A stretch of DNA of 64,000 nt from positions 288,001 to 352,000 of the forward strand of contig CAWGIE010000026.1 in the NCBI GenBank assembly GCA_963822585.1. The letters are read 5' to 3'. A program made the position numbers and the translations under genes. Source of the DNA: an uncultured bacterium. Its GTDB lineage: Bacteria > Auribacterota > Erginobacteria > Erginobacterales > Erginobacteraceae. Within the stretch, counting starts at the first letter, position 1, and each line of letters begins with the position of its first letter. A model generated the notes under the pieces. It was not told the DNA's origin. It made no database searches and saw only the letters and a list, made by a program, of their open reading frames with translations. Below, in pieces: positions 1 to 11,323 of the stretch.

Positions 1-456
1 GACGGAGTAGTCAGAGAGACACTCCCCAAGACGGGTCAGACTATCTCATATCGCACCGGTGACGACGGCACCTATCAGAGTGGGCAGGACGTATTGGTCG
101 ATAATGGCGATGGGACAGTAACCGATTCCCGGACGGGTTTGATGTGGCCGAAGGACGGAACGGGTGCCGGGTACGCAAACCAAGTATTAATGACTTGGAA
201 TGACGCCATCGACTGGGCGGAAGCGCTGGATTTCGCGGGCTATGCTGACTGGCGACTCCCCAACATCAACGAGCTGAAGAGCTTCCAGGAGATTACTTGG
301 AGCTATTACCAAAATCAGAAACCGGCCGATTACTGGTCTTCTACTACAAATAAGTTCGTTACTCAGTACGCATTCCTCTACAATATGCTTTTCATGAGAC
401 ACCTGCCCGAGGAATCCACCCCTGCTGCTCTCATCCATCATCATCCGGCGGAATGA
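1..456 (+). CDS. DUF1566 (Lcl C-terminal) domain protein, 5'-truncated by the window edge
   Basis: Frame 1 is open from base 1: LPKTGQTISY...DNGDGTVTDSRTGLMW...TWNDAIDWA...GYADWRLPNINEL...YWSST, the hallmark DUF1566 motifs. Confidence 0.85.
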   Translation, partial: DGVVRETLPKTGQTISYRTGDDGTYQSGQDVLVDNGDGTVTDSRTGLMWPKDGTGAGYANQVLMTWNDAIDWAEALDFAGYADWRLPNINELKSFQEITWSYYQNQKPADYWSSTTNKFVTQYAFLYNMLFMRHLPEESTPAALIHHHPAE

Positions 457-630
457 AACACTGGAAGTTGTTATTCTCCACAATCCAATATTGAATTAGC
501 TATCTCCTCCGGATATGCTAAACTTTTTTCTTTTCCCGTTTTTCATCGCGGGGGAAGAACAGCAAGAATTCATCGATGTACGATTTCCCGCTCTGTCGAG
601 AATCAAGTATTTCAAACGACCGTCGTTTTA

Positions 631-708
631 TCGAAAGAACAAGAACATTTTTCAGCGGTGTTAACTTCGATGTTTTTCCACTAAGTTAGCGCCGTCGGCG
701 CTAACTTA
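631..708. repeat. Leader repeat family A, copy 1 (three GGYGYTARCTT arms, hairpin just before ATG)
   Basis: About 75 bp align with 18063-18141; contains the TAAGTTAGCGCC-gtc-GGCGCTAACTTA hairpin 2 nt before ATG 711. Confidence 0.85.
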
Positions 709-710
709 AA

Positions 711-2286
711 ATGAAGGTACTCTTCTCATATCCGCCCCTGAATACAGCAAAGGGGTTTCCCACACTGGGCCAAAACCGGCAGTTTCAATATTTCTCTGAG
801 CCGACACTGATCTACCCGGTGGTACCCTCCACCGCCGCCACCATGCTCCGGGACGCCGGGCATAAAGTGATCTGGAATGATTGCATTGCCGAAGATATCG
901 GACGGGAAGAGTACTTCACGTTTCTAGAAAAAGAAAAACCCGACCTCATCGTCTTCGAAACCAAGACCCCGGTTATCAAGGAACACTGGCAGCCTGATCG
1001 ACGAGATCAAACGCCTGCCGCTTACCGCTCATCGCAGCGAAGCGAAGATCCCGAGGAACCCTGATAATCAGGGTTCTTTTCGGGACCGGTCACCGGTCAC
1101 CGGTCACCGGCCGCTGATTACTGATTACCGATCACCGATTACCGTCCTTGTCGGCGACCATGTCACGGCTCTGCCGGAAGAATCGATGAAGAATTCCAAG
1201 GTCGACTTCGTTCTGACCGGCGGCGACTACGACTTCCTCCTGAAAAATTTATGCGACACTTTAGATAGTACCACTGCCCACTGCCCACTGCCCACTGCCC
1301 AATTAGAACCAGGTATCTGGTACCGGTCTCAGGGTGATATAAAGAATACCGGCCCGTTTATTTTGAATCATGATCTTAACCATGCTCCTTTCATCGACCG
1401 GGATCTGACCCGATGGGAGCTTTATGCCTATAAGAACGGGAATTACCGCCGGACGCCCGGTACCTACATTATGAGCGGACGCGACTGCTGGTGGGGTAAA
1501 TGCACCTTCTGCAGCTGGCCCCAGCTTTATCCGAAGTTCCGGGTCCGGACGGTTGAGAATGTCCTCGATGAGATTGGGATGATTATCCAAAAGTATCCGG
1601 TCCGGGAGATCATGGACGATACCGGAACATTCCCCCGTGGAGAATGGCTGCGAAGTTTCTGCCGGGGTGTCCGGGAACGTGGTTTTCAGGAAAAGATCGG
1701 TTTTGACTGCAATTTTCGATTCGGTGCCGCCACCGGGGATGATTACCGGCTGATGAAAAAGGCCGGATTCCGCTTTCTCCTCTTCGGCCTGGAGAGCGGC
1801 AATCAGGATACTCTGGATCGCCTGAACAAGAACCTGAAGGTGGAGGAGATCGTCGATTCCTGCCGGATGGCCCGGGCGGCCGGATTATATCCCCACATCA
1901 CCATCATGTTCGGCTATCCCTGGGAAGATTATGAACAGGCCCGGAACACGTTTAATCTGGGAAAATATCTGCTGAGAAAGGGATACGCCTACACCATGCA
2001 GGCGACCGTCGTCGTCCCCTATCCCGGGACCCCTCTTTACCGGGAGTGCCTGGATAACGGTTGGCTCCGGACCTCCGACTGGTCTGATTTCGATATGAAG
2101 CAACCGGTCATGAAGATCCCCTTCCCGGAAAAAGAGCTGATGCAACTGGTCCAGGGGATGTACTCAATCGCCTATGATCCCGTATTCCTGGCTAGAAAAG
2201 TGCTCAGTATCAGGGGCTGGGATGACATCCGATTCTTTCTCCGGGCCGGGAAAAAAGTCCTGGGCCATATTCGTGATTTCACGTGA
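711..2286 (+). CDS. B12-binding radical SAM protein (+1 frameshift near 990-993; in-frame repeat insertions)
   Basis: 711-993 encodes the cobalamin-binding N-terminus (YPVVPSTAATML..., KPDLIVFET). The alternative frame from 994 is open to 2286 with VLVGDHVTALPEE, CWWGKCTFC (CxxxCxxC), LFGLESG and PYPGTPLY. Confidence 0.85.
1015..1143. repeat. In-frame heptamer-array plus hairpin insertion in the radical SAM CDS
   Basis: ctgccgc/ttaccgc/tcatcgc, then hairpin cccgaggaaccctgat-a-atcagggttcttttcggg, then (ggtcacc)x3 and tgattac/tgattac/cgatcac/cgattac. Confidence 0.8.
1271..1300. repeat. (CCACTGC)x4 heptamer tandem repeat inside the CDS
   Basis: ccactgc ccactgc ccactgc ccactgc cc, translated as TAHCPLPTA. 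Confidence 0.9.
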
Positions 2287-3581
2287 AAAACGATACAAAA
2301 AATTCCGGAAGAAAATTTTTCAAAGACGACTTCTTCCAGCAGACCGCCGTGATGATGATCGGGACTAAACTGGGAGATCTCTTCAATCTTATCTATCGTC
2401 TGGCCATGGTCCGTCTTCTCACTGTCGAAGAATACGGGACCCTGAATTCTTTGATATCTTCAGTTCTCATCCTGAGTCAGTTTGTCGCCCCCTTCCAACC
2501 GGTACTGACCAGGTATTTCGCCGTTTATTCGGGAAAGGAGGAATGGTCAAAGCTGCGCTTTCTGCTTCGGAGAACCAGCCGCGACCTCGGGATCTTTTCG
2601 GTGGCGATTTTCGTCATTATTGTATTCTTCTCCGGGGAGATAAGCGGTTATCTGAATATTAACGCGGCCGCGCCGATTATTCTGGCCGGAGCAATAATAG
2701 GATTGTCAATCCTGCTGGCCGCCCCCGTATCATTCATTCAGGGGACCCAGTTATTCGGGTCCCTCTCTTCTCTGGCGGCGATCTCCTCTTTCTGTAAGAT
2801 GATACTCGGGATCGGGCTGATCTTGTTGGCCGGATTAGCGGTAAACGGCGCCTTGGGAGGGATGATCGCCAGCCCGCTATCGGCTATTTTGATCGGGATA
2901 TTCTTTATCAGAAAATATCTGAAGCGCCGGCCGGGGAAGGGGGAGACAGAGCCGATCGTCATGAGACCGATCTATAAATATTTTATTCCTACCGCCCTGA
3001 CCCTGGGCTCTCTCTGGGCTCTGACGAATCTCGACGTTATTCTGGTCAAGCACTTCTTTGTTGACGGCCCGGAACCCGGCTATTATTCGGTTGCCCAGAT
3101 GGTCGGTTTAATGATTCTGTATCTCCCGGGGGCCGTTACCCTCGTTCTTTTCCCCAAAGCCGCCGCCGCCCACGCGAATGATTCCAATAGCCGGCGGATG
3201 CTCTGGAAAGGTCTGGCGGTGGTGGCGGGATTATGTTTGCTGGGGGTCGTGATCTGCGCGGTCGCGCCGGGATTGATCCTGACCGCTATCAGCGGCAAGA
3301 ATAATCCCCAGAGCCGGGAACTTGTCGTTTGGTTTTCCCTGGCGATGAGTTTCTATGCGCTGAGCATGCTGGCGGTCTTCTATCATCTGGCGGTTCACAA
3401 TGATAGGATAGCCATCCCCCTGCTGGGCCTGGTCATCGCCGAGATAATAACAATTTATTTTCACCATCCGGCTTTGATAAATATCGTATATATTGTTTGC
3501 TTTTATTCGGTGATCACTTTCGCGACAACACTATTGATGCTCAGATATGCCGGCAAATCCGCCTCCTCCTTAAAACGTTGA
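2283..3581 (+). CDS. Oligosaccharide flippase (Wzx/MOP family)
   Basis: About 12 hydrophobic segments; RLLTVEEYG, NLDVILVKHFF, GYYSVAQMVG, LFPK motifs. Confidence 0.85.
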   Translation: MKNDTKNSGRKFFKDDFFQQTAVMMIGTKLGDLFNLIYRLAMVRLLTVEEYGTLNSLISSVLILSQFVAPFQPVLTRYFAVYSGKEEWSKLRFLLRRTSRDLGIFSVAIFVIIVFFSGEISGYLNINAAAPIILAGAIIGLSILLAAPVSFIQGTQLFGSLSSLAAISSFCKMILGIGLILLAGLAVNGALGGMIASPLSAILIGIFFIRKYLKRRPGKGETEPIVMRPIYKYFIPTALTLGSLWALTNLDVILVKHFFVDGPEPGYYSVAQMVGLMILYLPGAVTLVLFPKAAAAHANDSNSRRMLWKGLAVVAGLCLLGVVICAVAPGLILTAISGKNNPQSRELVVWFSLAMSFYALSMLAVFYHLAVHNDRIAIPLLGLVIAEIITIYFHHPALINIVYIVCFYSVITFATTLLMLRYAGKSASSLKR

Positions 3582-3659
3582 TTTCAGATGCGGACCCGGG
3601 AGAGATCAACTCCGGAAGATGATCATTAAGAACATTAACCCAACTCAAGGAAGTACGAC

Positions 3660-4745
3660 ATGAAAAGAATCCTGGTTACCGGAGCCGGTGGGACTCCGAC
3701 AACTAATTTCGTGCGCTCTCTGAGGGCATCTCCAGAAGAATTCTATCTGATCGGGGTGGATATAAACAAATTTTACCTCCGACGGGCGGAGACCGACGAA
3801 CGGCATCTGATCCCCGAGGCGGACAGCGAGGATTACATAGATTTTTTGAAACAGATACTGTCTGAAACCAAACCGGATCTTCTCTATATGCAGCCGGATC
3901 AGGAAATCAGGATGATCTCCCTTCATCGTGACGAACTCCCGGTGAAAATTTTTCTTCCCGACCATAAAACCATCGAGTTATGCCAGGATAAATTTAAAAC
4001 CTATCAAAAATGGCAGGCGGCCGGAGTGAAAGTTCCCCGGACGATATTACTAAACGACGAAAACGATCTTCGAGACGCCTTCTCCTCGTTCGGTTCCCCG
4101 ATCTGGCTCAGGGCCGTTGTCAGTCCCGGGGGAGGCAAGGGCAGTTTTCGTGCTCCTGATCTCGACATTGCCAGGGCGTGGATTAATTATTGCCGGGGCT
4201 GGGGAAACTTCACGGGATCGGAATGCCTGCAGGCGGGAAGTGTTACCTGGCAGTCGATCTGGAAAGAGGGGCGTTTAATTGTCGCCCAAAGCAGGAAAAG
4301 ACTTTATTGGGAATTCGCTAACCGGGCGCCCTCGGGAGTAACCGGTTTGACCGGGACCGGCGTGACCATTTCCGATCCGGTTCTCGACGAGATTGCCGAA
4401 AAAGCGATTTGGGCGGTGGATGATAAACCTCATGGGATATTCTCGGTTGACCTCACCTTCGATAAGGACGGAGTTCCGAATCCTACCGAAATCAACATCG
4501 GCAGATTTTTCACAACACATTATTTCTTTACCAGCGCCGGTTTAAACATGCCTTATATCCTTACCAAACTCGCTTTTGACGAGCCGCTGCCTCCGATTTC
4601 CAAGAAAATCAACCCCTTGAAACCGGGTTTAATCTGGGTTCGCGGGTTGGATTTTCTGCCGATTCTCTCCGATTTAAAGCAGATCCAGTCGTATGAGGAC
4701 GAATTCATCCAGCGGCGGAAAAGCTTGAAAAATAAGAAGCGATAA
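3660..4745 (+). CDS. ATP-grasp carboxylate-amine ligase (CPSase-like)
   Basis: ILVTGAGG N-terminus, CQDKFKTY, GIFSVDL and TEINIGRF ATP-grasp motifs. Confidence 0.8.
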   Translation: MKRILVTGAGGTPTTNFVRSLRASPEEFYLIGVDINKFYLRRAETDERHLIPEADSEDYIDFLKQILSETKPDLLYMQPDQEIRMISLHRDELPVKIFLPDHKTIELCQDKFKTYQKWQAAGVKVPRTILLNDENDLRDAFSSFGSPIWLRAVVSPGGGKGSFRAPDLDIARAWINYCRGWGNFTGSECLQAGSVTWQSIWKEGRLIVAQSRKRLYWEFANRAPSGVTGLTGTGVTISDPVLDEIAEKAIWAVDDKPHGIFSVDLTFDKDGVPNPTEINIGRFFTTHYFFTSAGLNMPYILTKLAFDEPLPPISKKINPLKPGLIWVRGLDFLPILSDLKQIQSYEDEFIQRRKSLKNKKR

Positions 4746-4746
4746 G

Positions 4747-5676
4747 ATGAAAGAAACTATTATTGTGAGCGGCGCGAGTGGGTTCGTGGGACGGTCTCTG
4801 GTGAGGTCTCTCGTCGAAGCTGGTTTTCATGTGCTGGCGATTGATCTCACCGCCCCCGTTGATCAGCAGACATTCTCTTCAGAACAGCGAAAACAATTAA
4901 CCCTGCTGGAGGCGGACTTTTCCAATGACCGGGACCTGAAACGCATCCGGGAAAAAGTAGAATCCCCCTCCTATCTTGTCCATCTGGGAAGCTATATCCT
5001 GGAGAGTTCCCCGGAGACTGAAGAGTATGACGTGCGGCGCTCGATCGAGACCAATATCAGCGGCAGCTATGACCTGGTTAAAATTTTAAAACCCAAACTT
5101 TGCGGCGTTCTTCTGGCAAGTACATTGGATGTCTACGGGGATCCTCAATTTCTGCCGATCAAGGAAAACCATCCGGTCGCCCCTGGTACTTTTTATGGCG
5201 CCAGTAAAGCGGCAATGGAACTGTACATTGAAAACGAGCTGAAAAATATCATCCCGTTGACGATATTGCGATTCAGTCACATCTACGGCCCCGGGGATCC
5301 TCATCCTAAAGTCCTGCATTCATTTGTTGAAGCGGCGCGTTCGGGAAGCAATCCGGTAATATACGGCGATGGAGCCGATACGCGGGATTATATCCATATC
5401 AATGACATAGTTGAAGCAATCATGAAAACGATCCGATTGAAGAAGCCGGGAATTTTTAATATCGCTTCCGGTCACAGTCGCACCTTGAAGCAGCTCGCTG
5501 AGTCGGTAATTAAAATATCGGGCAAAGAATTGCATCCGATTTATCGGAAGCGTCGCCGGCCCCGGAAAGATTATTCTTTCGATATCAGTAAAGCCCGGGT
5601 AGAGCTTGGTTTCGATCCCCGGATATCGATTCAGCGGGGCATCGGGGAATTATTTAAGGGAGCCGGGGATAGTTAA
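4747..5676 (+). CDS. NAD-dependent epimerase/dehydratase
   Basis: SGASGFVG, YGASK (YxxxK), LRFSHIYGPG, GDGADTRDYIHIND. Confidence 0.9.
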   Translation: MKETIIVSGASGFVGRSLVRSLVEAGFHVLAIDLTAPVDQQTFSSEQRKQLTLLEADFSNDRDLKRIREKVESPSYLVHLGSYILESSPETEEYDVRRSIETNISGSYDLVKILKPKLCGVLLASTLDVYGDPQFLPIKENHPVAPGTFYGASKAAMELYIENELKNIIPLTILRFSHIYGPGDPHPKVLHSFVEAARSGSNPVIYGDGADTRDYIHINDIVEAIMKTIRLKKPGIFNIASGHSRTLKQLAESVIKISGKELHPIYRKRRRPRKDYSFDISKARVELGFDPRISIQRGIGELFKGAGDS

Positions 5677-5677
5677 T

Positions 5678-6682
5678 ATGGATCTGCCGAAGATTTCATT
5701 TTTAACCCCGGTTTTCAATGAAGCCCGTCAGATGGAACCCTTCCTGCGGAATATCCGCGACCAGGATTATCCTCAAGACAAGATCGAGATCGTCATCGCG
5801 GACGGAGGATCCACTGATAATACCGTTGCCATCGCTTCCCGATTTGGGTGCCGGATTATCAGCAATCCGGAAAAGCTGGCTGAACCGGGACTGGTCCGCT
5901 GTGAGGACTCGGCCACCGGCGATTTGTTCGTCATCATGGCCGCCGATAACCGCCTGCCCCGGAAAGACTGGCTTAAGCTTATGGTCCGGCCTTTCCTGGA
6001 AGATCCCGAAGTCTGGGGGGCATATACCCACATCGTACCTTCGGCCGATGATAATCTGTTCAACCGGTATTACAGCTTGCTCCACGTCGAACCGTTCAGT
6101 TGGTTCGTTTATGGCAATTACTGTAACCCCAGACGATTCAGATTCTGCTATCAGACAGCGGAATTACACACGGGCTATGAGATTTACTCATTCACCTTGA
6201 AAAATCATCCCTTGATCGCTTTCGCACAGGGTTTCGTGCTTCGTCGGGATTTCCGGAGAGAGTCTAAAAATAAGGGGGATGATATTTTGCCGTTTATCCA
6301 ATTAATCGAAGACGGCCATAAAATCGCTTATGTCCCTCAGGCGGGAATTCAGCATCTTCATCTTCAGGGATACATCAATTATTTAAAAAAGTATCAATCT
6401 CGGATACGGAATAACCTGTATAAAAAGAATATCGGCTTTGACAGCAGAAGAGCCTACTTGTCATTTTCACGAAAGACAAAAAAATATTTATGGCTGATTT
6501 ACGGATCCACGGTTGTCGGGCCGCTATTTCATAGTCTGATCTGGTATCTCCGGGATAAGGAAAAATGCTGGTTCTGGCACATGCCCGCTTCAGTCGGTCT
6601 TACCTATTTGATGATCTATGAAGTGATCAGAAAGCAATACCTGTATCTCATTAATATATTCTTAGGCTTTGAGAAAGGATGA
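5678..6682 (+). CDS. Glycosyltransferase family 2
   Basis: ISFLTPVFNE, QDYP, IADGGSTDNT; start taken at ATG 5678, just after the upstream stop. Confidence 0.85.
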   Translation: MDLPKISFLTPVFNEARQMEPFLRNIRDQDYPQDKIEIVIADGGSTDNTVAIASRFGCRIISNPEKLAEPGLVRCEDSATGDLFVIMAADNRLPRKDWLKLMVRPFLEDPEVWGAYTHIVPSADDNLFNRYYSLLHVEPFSWFVYGNYCNPRRFRFCYQTAELHTGYEIYSFTLKNHPLIAFAQGFVLRRDFRRESKNKGDDILPFIQLIEDGHKIAYVPQAGIQHLHLQGYINYLKKYQSRIRNNLYKKNIGFDSRRAYLSFSRKTKKYLWLIYGSTVVGPLFHSLIWYLRDKEKCWFWHMPASVGLTYLMIYEVIRKQYLYLINIFLGFEKG

Positions 6683-6731
6683 TACTGCTTAATGAAAAGT
6701 AATGGTTGCAGGTTATGATCGGAGCGAGACA

Positions 6732-7920
6732 ATGAAAAATAAAAAATTGAAAATTGGAATATTAGTCGATGAGATCGCTCCCGGCAGTGCTCCTAAACTG
6801 ATCGGCTGGCCGATCCGGAAACTGGCGGACATGGGGATCGAAGCCGAGGCCCTGGTAATTATAAATAAGGACCACTGGCAAAAACACCAGGCTCATTTTG
6901 ACTCCCATCTATCCGGTGTAAAAGTAAGATATATATTTCCCGAATATCCAGCCTGGGCCAGAAAAGCTGAACTTTAAATTTCCCGGGATGTCCTTCTTCT
7001 CTCTTCATCATATTATGAGCGGGTTCTTTGCCTACCGGGCCATAAAACCAGGAGAATTCAATATCATAATCGCGAATTGTCAATATAGTACTCTCGCGGC
7101 CAGGAATATAAAGAAACGCCTTGGAATCCCGTTCATATTCTTAATCTGGGATCCGTCCACTTTTACCGCGGAGAAGATATATAAAGACCGATTCGGATGG
7201 AAATATCCACTGCTCTATCAGGCGGCAAAGATGCTGGATCATTATGCGGTTAAAGAATGTGAAGCGATTATTACCAGTGGCAAATTCCACCACCGCCATT
7301 TAAGCGGTTTGACCGATAAACCACTGGAGATCCTGGTGCCCGGCTGTTTCGCGATGGAAAAATTGCCGGATTTCTGCGCGCGGGAAAATATCATCCTGAC
7401 ATATGATCGCTGGGATATCGGGAATGTCCCGACAATCTTCCTTGACATATTAGACACCTTAAAAGATAAGAAAATCACTTTGACCATCGGTGGTTTCTGG
7501 CATCCGATGTCTCTCAGACAAGAGTTTCAGGATGAGGTGGTCCGCCGGAACCTCCAAGAGCGGGTTACCCTGCTTGGCCCTCTTAACGAGGACAAAATAA
7601 TGGAGCTCTGCTCCCGTTCCATGGTCCATATCCATCCAGTTCATGAAGCTTTCGGAATGCAAACGCTAGAAGCCGCAGCCTGCGGTTGTCCCATCATAAT
7701 TCCCGCCGGTTCCGGAGTGGCAGATCTGTTCCAGCACGGGGTCCATGGATATTTTCCCGAGCCGGGGAATATAGCCGAACTTGTAGAATATACCGAGGCT
7801 ATTTTTAATGACCGGGGTAAAACTGCGGATATGGGGAAAAAAGCTTGGGAAGTTGCAAAACAATATTCATGGGAAGGTTATGCTTCCGGCCTCGCTCGCA
7901 TTGCAAGCAAATATGTTTAA
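6732..7920 (+). CDS. Glycosyltransferase family 4 (frameshift in an A-run near 6962)
   Basis: ORFs 6702-6977 and 6988-7920 join as ...WARK/LNFKFPGMSF...; C-terminal HEAFGMQTLEAAACGCP. Confidence 0.8.
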
Positions 7921-8019
7921 CGCAAACCTTGCCCTTGTAATTTCACTCCGGACACTTCATAATGCGCCTTTTATTTCCGTTAGTCAGATAAATTTTTGAA
8001 TTAATCAGGAGGTTAAGTT

Positions 8020-9036
8020 ATGGACTGGAAAAATACTAAAGTATTAGTAACCGGCGGGGCTTCATTTATTGGCAGCAACCTGGTCGATGCACTGATCGAA
8101 CGGGGGGCGAAGGTCAGGGTGGTGGATGACCTGACCAGCGGTCGACTGGAGAATATTCAAGAACATATAGATGCTCGTAGAGTGGAGTTTACCAAGGCGG
8201 ACCTCCGGGAACCCGGTGTAGCCCGGGAGGCGGCAAGGGGCATCAACATCGTCTTTCATCTGGCGGCCGCTCATGGAGGACGCGGTTATGTCGATCTCCA
8301 CCAGGCAGAACCGGCCACTAATCTCTTTTTAGGAGGGGTTATTTTCTGGGAAGCGAGAAAGGCCGGGGTAGAAAAAATAGTCTTCGCTTCTTCCGGATGT
8401 GTTTATCCCAATCATCTGCAGGTGGACCCCGCACAGGAGCTTTATCTGACCGAGGATCTGGTTAAACCTCCCTATGATGCCGACAACCTTTATGGCTGGG
8501 CCAAACTGATGGGGGAACTGACTCTCAAGGCTTATCATGATGAATATGGCATAAAGACAGCCTCCTGCCGGTATTTCACCGTTTATGGCCCCCGGGGCGT
8601 AGAAAATCACGCGGTAATCGCTATGATCGCCCGGGCCTTCATCGGGCAGGATCCGTTTGAAGTCTGGGGGGATGGTACCCAGATTCTAAATTGGACTTAT
8701 ATTGATGATATCGTTCGAGGCACTCTCCTGGCCGCCGAAAAAATTGATGATGGGACCGCGGTCAATCTCGGCACTATGGAGAGGATCCAGGTCATCGATG
8801 CCGTCAAACTGGCTATGGAGTACAGTGGCCACAAAGCGGAGATCAAATTCCTGACAGATATGCCGACCGGTCCGTTGAACCGGGTAGCGGATAATTCACT
8901 GGCAAAAAATCTCTTGGGATGGGAACCGCAGATCTTATTCCGAGAGGGTCTGAAACGAACCATGGACTGGTATTTTTCTAGTAAAGATAGAGAGCAGGTA
9001 AAACAAATTTTGCAGAAAAGTTTGATCGAACGTTAA
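8020..9036 (+). CDS. NAD-dependent nucleotide-sugar epimerase
   Basis: TGGASFIGS, ASSGCVY, YGWAK, VYGPR; AGGAGG SD upstream. Confidence 0.9.
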   Translation: MDWKNTKVLVTGGASFIGSNLVDALIERGAKVRVVDDLTSGRLENIQEHIDARRVEFTKADLREPGVAREAARGINIVFHLAAAHGGRGYVDLHQAEPATNLFLGGVIFWEARKAGVEKIVFASSGCVYPNHLQVDPAQELYLTEDLVKPPYDADNLYGWAKLMGELTLKAYHDEYGIKTASCRYFTVYGPRGVENHAVIAMIARAFIGQDPFEVWGDGTQILNWTYIDDIVRGTLLAAEKIDDGTAVNLGTMERIQVIDAVKLAMEYSGHKAEIKFLTDMPTGPLNRVADNSLAKNLLGWEPQILFREGLKRTMDWYFSSKDREQVKQILQKSLIER

Positions 9037-9048
9037 GTTATTTATTTA

Positions 9049-9239
9049 GCCACAAAGGCATTAAGACACCAAGAATTATAATAAATTGGTATCCTATTAT
9101 GAGACCGAATATATGAACTACCCAGCTATCGACCTATCTTGGTAATGTTTGACCATTCGATCAGTTGACATATCTTCGAGACTTGTATTCATCATTTAAA
9201 ATGATTTTATCCTTCTTAGTGTCTTGGTGCCTTAGTGGC
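9049..9239. repeat. Inverted octamer-array element
   Basis: GCCACAAAGGCATTAAGACACCAAGAA ... TTCTTAGTGTCTTGGTGCCTTAGTGGC, imperfect inverted arms with period 8. Confidence 0.85.
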
Positions 9240-9267
9240 AAAAAAAACAAAATGAGATAAGTATAAT

Positions 9268-10587
9268 ATGAATGGCATATCGGTAATTGGCTTGGGAAAG
9301 TTGGGATTATGTACTGCGGCTTGTTTTGCGGATGGCGGATATCAAGTATGGGGAGTTGATATCAATGAAGATAATATTCGCCGCATTAATCAGGGTGATT
9401 GCCCCATTGAGGAAACAGGTCTAGCCGACTTGCTTTCGAAGGTCAGCGGCAGCTTGACGGCTACCACCGATTATGATGAAGCAATCATTAATAGTGCCGC
9501 CAGTTTTATCATAGTGCCTACCCCGAGTCTTGATGACGGTTCATTCTCTAATGCTTATGTAGAAGATACCCTGGGGAAGATCGGGGCAGCGCTGAAAAAG
9601 AAGAATGGTTATCATCTGGTCGTCATCACCTCCACCGTGATGCCGGGAACCACCGAGAACCTGGCCCGACCGCTTCTGGAAGAGACATCCGGGAAAGTGT
9701 GCGGGAAGGACTTTGGGCTGGTTTATAACCCGGAATTCATAGCGCTGGGGACCGTAATCAGGGACTTTAAAAATCCGGATTTTCTTCTAATTGGGGAAAG
9801 CAGTTCGCAAGATGGGAAAATCCTGGAAGATATCTATAGTCCGACCTGTGAAAATACTCCTGCCTACGCCCACCTCTCTCCGCTCAATGCTGAAATCGCT
9901 AAGATCTGCCTTAACTGCTATGTCACGGCCAAGATAACCTTTGCCATTTCCTAGGGGCCATCTGTGAAAATGTTCCCGGTGCCGACGCGAATCAGATTAC
10001 CGAAGCACTCGGGGTTGATAGCCGGATTGGTGCTAAATATTTCAAGACCGGACTCGGGTTCGGCGGCTCCTGTTTCCCCGGGACAATCGAGCTTTCGCCG
10101 CCTTTGCCCGCGATTATGGAAAGAAGGCGAAGATATCGGAATTGGTGACGATATTAATGAGGAACAATTATCCCGTATTGTTCGTATGGCGGAAGAGAAG
10201 TTGGAGGCAGGCGATAAGGTAGCAGTCCTCGGTCTCTCGTATAAACCCGATACTCCGATTATCGAAGAATCTCAGGCAGTTGATATAGCCCGCGAACTTT
10301 TCCGGGACGGCTATCGAGTTTCGGTTTATGATCCTCAGGCAATAGAAAACACGAAAAAGGAAGAAGGGGATGCGTTCGAATACTCAGACAACCTGGGAGA
10401 GTGTTTGAATGGGACCTCACTCTGCTTGATTACCACCCCATGGAAAGAGTTCAAGTCTATCAACGCCGATTTTCTGATCAGCAAGATGAAAAGCCCCGTG
10501 GTTATCGATTGTTGGAAGCTGCTAAAAAATATTGACCTGGCGGGAGTGGAGTATATTCCGCTGGGCGAAGGCACTGCATCAGGTTAG
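9268..10587 (+). CDS. UDP-glucose/GDP-mannose dehydrogenase family protein (frameshifts around 9946-10150)
   Basis: IGLGKLG, IIVPTPS, TSTVMPGTT, YNPEFIALG; the shifted frame holds DSRIG and GFGGSCFP; later VLGLSYKPDT. Confidence 0.85.
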
Positions 10588-10589
10588 GT

Positions 10590-11228
10590 ATGACGGAAGA
10601 GAATTTTTATTATCGTTACTGGCAAGATAAGCATATTAAAGTAAATTCCTTTGATTTTTGCCCGGGTGAATGGACGAAAGAAAATTTCAATTACCATATT
10701 AATTTTTTCCAGCCATTCATAAAAGGGACCCTCCTTGATTTTGGATGTGGTAACGGACAATTTATGTCCCTTATCTCCAATTATTGTGATTCCTGCTCTG
10801 GTGTAGATATTTCCAGGCTGGCCATCAGGGCAGCCAAAAAGCGTTTCCCGGAACTGAACTTTCGCGTGATGGATTCCGGGCAGATCCCCTATGAAAGTAA
10901 TTATTTTGATACGGTATGTGCTATTGATATTCTTGAACATATCTTGGATACCGAAATCGTGCTTGAAGAACTAGATCGAGTTCTAAAACCCGGCGGATTC
11001 TTATTGATAGCCACCAATGAGTTAACTCGTCTGAAGACAATTCTTATCGCTCTCTTTTGTCTTGATAATTATTTTTATCCTGCATCCCCACATATCAGGC
11101 ACTTCACCAGAAATAATCTTGCCGACTTGCTCCACCGCAAGGGATTTGAGGTTATCGCCTATCGAAAAAATAGGACCTATTTCGGTTTTATCCCTAAGGG
11201 ACAGATGCTCGCAGCCCAAAAAAAATGA
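10590..11228 (+). CDS. Class I SAM-dependent methyltransferase
   Basis: LLDFGCGNG, GVDIS, DILEHI, RVLKPGG. Confidence 0.9.
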   Translation: MTEENFYYRYWQDKHIKVNSFDFCPGEWTKENFNYHINFFQPFIKGTLLDFGCGNGQFMSLISNYCDSCSGVDISRLAIRAAKKRFPELNFRVMDSGQIPYESNYFDTVCAIDILEHILDTEIVLEELDRVLKPGGFLLIATNELTRLKTILIALFCLDNYFYPASPHIRHFTRNNLADLLHRKGFEVIAYRKNRTYFGFIPKGQMLAAQKK

Positions 11229-11323
11229 TCTTATTTATTCCTACTCCCATTGCCTCGGTTATTTCTATTTTGTCCTTATAATTTGACCGAATACCGGTTT
11301 TAATTAAATTGGATAAACCATAG

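Noticed and set aside
1..456. DUF1566 gene as a diversity-generating retroelement target
   Set aside because: No reverse transcriptase and no template-repeat copy of its 3' end are visible in the window; it cannot be supported here.
9952..9954. TAG readthrough (pyrrolysine), given an ATP-grasp gene nearby
   Set aside because: Homology continues in a different frame (GAICENVPG..DSRIG), so this is a frameshift; no pyl genes or tRNA are present.
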